NCBI GenBank assembly: GCA_963667925.1
Contig: OY764080.1
Span: 2,641,310 to 2,705,309, forward strand
Reading direction: 5' to 3'
Source: Chloroflexota bacterium
GTDB lineage: Bacteria > Chloroflexota > UBA11872
Length of the DNA stretch: 64,000 bases
Position 1 is the stretch's first letter, and each line of letters opens with the position of its first letter. A model generated the notes under the pieces. It did not search any database. It saw only the letters and a program-made list of their open reading frames with translations, and was not told the DNA's origin. The translations under genes and the position numbers were made by a program. Positions 61,723 through 64,000 of this stretch are shown here, piece after piece.

Positions 61723-62661
61723 TTAGCCGGTTCGAGCGCCTTCGTCATACACGTGCGCCGGCGGTCGCCGCAGATCCCAGATGAGGCCTGTCCAGCTCAA
61801 CATGGTTAGCAGGTAGTGAGTCACGTCGATCTCCCACCAGAAGAACCCGTTCCGCTCGGAGCCCGGATAGCGGTGATGATTGTTGTGCCAACCCTCCCCC
61901 AGCGTGATCAGCGCCAGGATGAGATTGTTCCGGCTGGTGTCCTTGGTAGGAAAACGACGGCTGCCCCACATGTGCGCTCCGGAGTTGATCAGGTAGGTGG
62001 TGTGGAACAGCATGACGGTGCTGACCAAGAAGCACCAAACAAACACTTGGCCCCACGTCACACCCGTGGACCCAAAAGCTCGCTCGAGCCAAACTCCCAG
62101 CGCAATGGTCCCGCCCGCGTAGAGCAGCGTGCTGCCGAAGTACCACCGGTCAAGCCAGCGGAGTTCGGGGAACCGGACCAGGTCCTTGACCTCTTCCCAG
62201 CGCGTGTCGTCGCGGTTGTAGGCCAGCAGCCAGCCGATGTGCGCCCACCAGAATCCGCCCTTGAGCGGTGAGTGCACATCCTTTTCCTCGTCGGAGTGCC
62301 GGTGATGAAAGCGATGGTGGCCCGCCCACCACAAAGGCCCCTTTTGGATCCCCAACGTGCCCAGTAACGCCATGACCGCCTGAAAAACCCGCGTGGTCTG
62401 GAAGGTCCGGTGAGAAAAATAGCGGTGATAGAACCCGGTAATGAAAAAGACGCGCATCCAGTAGAACCCGAGGCAGGCCACCACGGCCGGCCAACTCACT
62501 CCAACTAGGAACGCGGCGAGCACGCCGAGGTGCAGGGCAATAAAGCCCCAGTTGTGCCGTATGGCCTGCCAGACCGTATACCGCTGCTCAACGCGTGTCG
62601 GCAGCGTGATCTCTTCCGGCTTCAGGTCCCCCGGCGAAGCCTCAAGGCTTGTGTCCGTCAC
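61723..62661 (-). CDS. Acyl-CoA (stearoyl-CoA delta-9-type) fatty acid desaturase
   Basis: Histidine boxes HRYFSHR, HHRFHHRHSD, HNNHHRYP; four TM segments. Confidence 0.85.
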   Translation of the reverse strand: MTDTSLEASPGDLKPEEITLPTRVEQRYTVWQAIRHNWGFIALHLGVLAAFLVGVSWPAVVACLGFYWMRVFFITGFYHRYFSHRTFQTTRVFQAVMALLGTLGIQKGPLWWAGHHRFHHRHSDEEKDVHSPLKGGFWWAHIGWLLAYNRDDTRWEEVKDLVRFPELRWLDRWYFGSTLLYAGGTIALGVWLERAFGSTGVTWGQVFVWCFLVSTVMLFHTTYLINSGAHMWGSRRFPTKDTSRNNLILALITLGEGWHNNHHRYPGSERNGFFWWEIDVTHYLLTMLSWTGLIWDLRRPPAHVYDEGARTG

Positions 62662-62846
62662 CAGCCAACCATCTCCCTACATGCAGAACCGCTCGCGCGG
62701 CGGCCAAGATACGTCCAAATCGAGGATGCGCAAAGCGCGGGCGGCTCGCAACCCCGCCTCAGAGGGTCACCCGCGAACAAGCAACCATCGAAGCGGGGCA
62801 CGCCGAATTATCCGGAAGCCATGCACCCGGCACGCAGCGTTAGAGC

Positions 62847-63968
62847 TTACGCGCCGGCGCGCGCTGCCGAGTTCGGTGAATCGGCTCGCTCGATCAGCAC
62901 CTGAACGTCGCGCACGGCCTTCGTCTCAAAACTCGCGGCGCAGGACGCGAGATAGAAGTCCCACATGCGAATGAACCGGTCGTCGAATCCGAGCGATCGC
63001 ACTCGCGCTTCGGCCCGCCAGAACCGACGTCGCCATTCGTCCAGGGTCCGCACGTAGTGCGGACCGATCTCCTCGATGGCCCGCACCGCCAGGGCCTGCC
63101 CACCGCGCCGCACCGATTGCCGAATCTCGACCACCGCCGGCAGAACGCCGCCGGGAAAGATGTACTTGCTGATCCAGCCCGAGGCGCGCATCCCGGAGAC
63201 GGCATCGCGGTCCTGGATGCCAATCGTTTGCAGCAGCATGGCCCCGCCGGGTCGCAGGACGCGCTCGCACGTCGCAAAAAACTCGTCCCAATACTCCCGG
63301 CCAACGGCTTCGAACATCTCAATCGACACGACCTTGTCGAATGTCCCCTCAACATCGCGGTAGTCCGAGTAGACGATTCGTACCCAGTCATCCAGCCCGG
63401 CGGCAGCGACCCGCTGGCTGGCCAGCCGGTGCTGCTCACGCGAGACCGTAATGCCGACGACCTGGCAACCAGTGGTCTGCGCGGCGTGCATGGCGAACCC
63501 GCCCCACCCGCAGCCGACTTCCAGAACCCGATCGCCCGGCCCGAGATCCAGCTTGCGGCAGACCAGGTCGAACTTCGCCTGCTGGGCTGCGCCCAGGTCC
63601 TCGCAGCCGTCCCAGATCGCGCAGGAGTACGCCAACGACTCATCCAGGAATAACCTGAAGAACTCATTCCCTAGGTCGTAATGTGCGTGGATGTTTTGCT
63701 CGCTACCCGAGCGCGTATTAGGTCTGAGCGTGTGGCGCCACAAGTCGAGCCCGCGTCGAGGCAGTGACAGGGCAGCATCAAACCGAACCCGGCGCGCATT
63801 GGCCAAGGCTCCGCGAAGCAAGGCACGAAGGTCCGGGCTGGACCAAAGCCCATCCATGTAGGCCTCACCGGCGCCGGTCGACCCTCCAACCAGAATCCGA
63901 GTAAAGGCGTGGTCGTGGTGGACATCGATCCGTGCCACGTCGCCACTCGATGCGTCGCCGAACGCCAT
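62847..63968 (-). CDS. cfa: Cyclopropane-fatty-acyl-phospholipid synthase family SAM-dependent methyltransferase
   Basis: VLEVGCGWGGFAMHAA SAM-binding motif; CFA-synthase-typical length and C-terminal region. Confidence 0.85.
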   Translation of the reverse strand: MAFGDASSGDVARIDVHHDHAFTRILVGGSTGAGEAYMDGLWSSPDLRALLRGALANARRVRFDAALSLPRRGLDLWRHTLRPNTRSGSEQNIHAHYDLGNEFFRLFLDESLAYSCAIWDGCEDLGAAQQAKFDLVCRKLDLGPGDRVLEVGCGWGGFAMHAAQTTGCQVVGITVSREQHRLASQRVAAAGLDDWVRIVYSDYRDVEGTFDKVVSIEMFEAVGREYWDEFFATCERVLRPGGAMLLQTIGIQDRDAVSGMRASGWISKYIFPGGVLPAVVEIRQSVRRGGQALAVRAIEEIGPHYVRTLDEWRRRFWRAEARVRSLGFDDRFIRMWDFYLASCAASFETKAVRDVQVLIERADSPNSAARAGA

Positions 63969-64000
63969 CTCGGTTCCGTCCGGCAGGCGCGCCTCAAGCC

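Overview
This 64-kb window is high-GC (~66-68%) bacterial chromosomal DNA. Gene content and protein style suggest a Chloroflexota/Thermomicrobia-like organism (low-confidence inference). The evidence is lipoprotein solute-binding proteins carrying Val/Glu-rich repeat linkers, a long Bacillus-type SRP RNA, and a dnaX-ybaB-recR block. The layout is as follows.

- **1-10.7 kb: sugar/glycan utilisation cluster.** Gfo/Idh/MocA oxidoreductase, a TAT-lipoprotein SBP, two divergent paralogous beta-propeller glycosidase-like genes, an enolase-superfamily dehydratase, a D-2-hydroxyacid dehydrogenase and a sulfatase-like enzyme whose nucleophile is Thr.
- **10.7-12.1 kb:** a tandem array of five paralogous ~85-aa lipoproteins.
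- **12.2-15.5 kb:** two tandem paralogous orphan SBP genes, each followed by an identical hairpin.
- **15.6-22.6 kb:** aldo/keto reductase, alpha/beta hydrolase, and a complete branched-chain amino-acid ABC transporter (livGFHM plus a convergent livK-like SBP).
- **22.7-23.7 kb:** threonine aldolase.
- **23.75-35.4 kb: accessory/defence-like island**, bounded by threonine aldolase and ffs-dnaX. It holds a G-rich, G-quadruplex-prone low-complexity tract with tandem and direct repeats, and a small coiled-coil membrane protein. The most interesting element is a translationally coupled pair, an ABC/OLD-type AAA ATPase plus a 157-aa PD-(D/E)xK-like protein; the ATPase gene contains a low-GC mosaic segment. 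The island also carries three hypothetical genes, a solo minimal nucleotidyltransferase, and a 1441-aa Type IIG restriction-modification enzyme with an in-frame ~360-bp insertion built from a local family of GC-rich hairpin repeats. Copies of that repeat also sit upstream of the R-M gene and upstream of ffs. A mazEF module with a palindromic operator closes the island.
- **35.4-38.3 kb:** SRP RNA (ffs, long form), then dnaX-ybaB-recR.
- **38.3-53 kb: housekeeping genes.** MBL hydrolase, chrA, a DUF58-transglutaminase pair, mug, hpt, a LarA-like/DUF1537-kinase/PdxA2 four-carbon sugar-acid cluster, secG and a Cas4-like nuclease.
- **54.2-55.9 kb:** tRNA-Pro(GGG), and 1.6 kb downstream a partial 3' copy of it. 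Together they flank a PhyH-family dioxygenase gene, which suggests an integration scar.
- **55.9-64 kb:** a nucleotidyltransferase plus small-protein pair, GT2 glycosyltransferases, a WD40 protein, an epimerase-family protein, a fatty-acid desaturase and cfa.

No rRNA, CRISPR array or transposase was seen.
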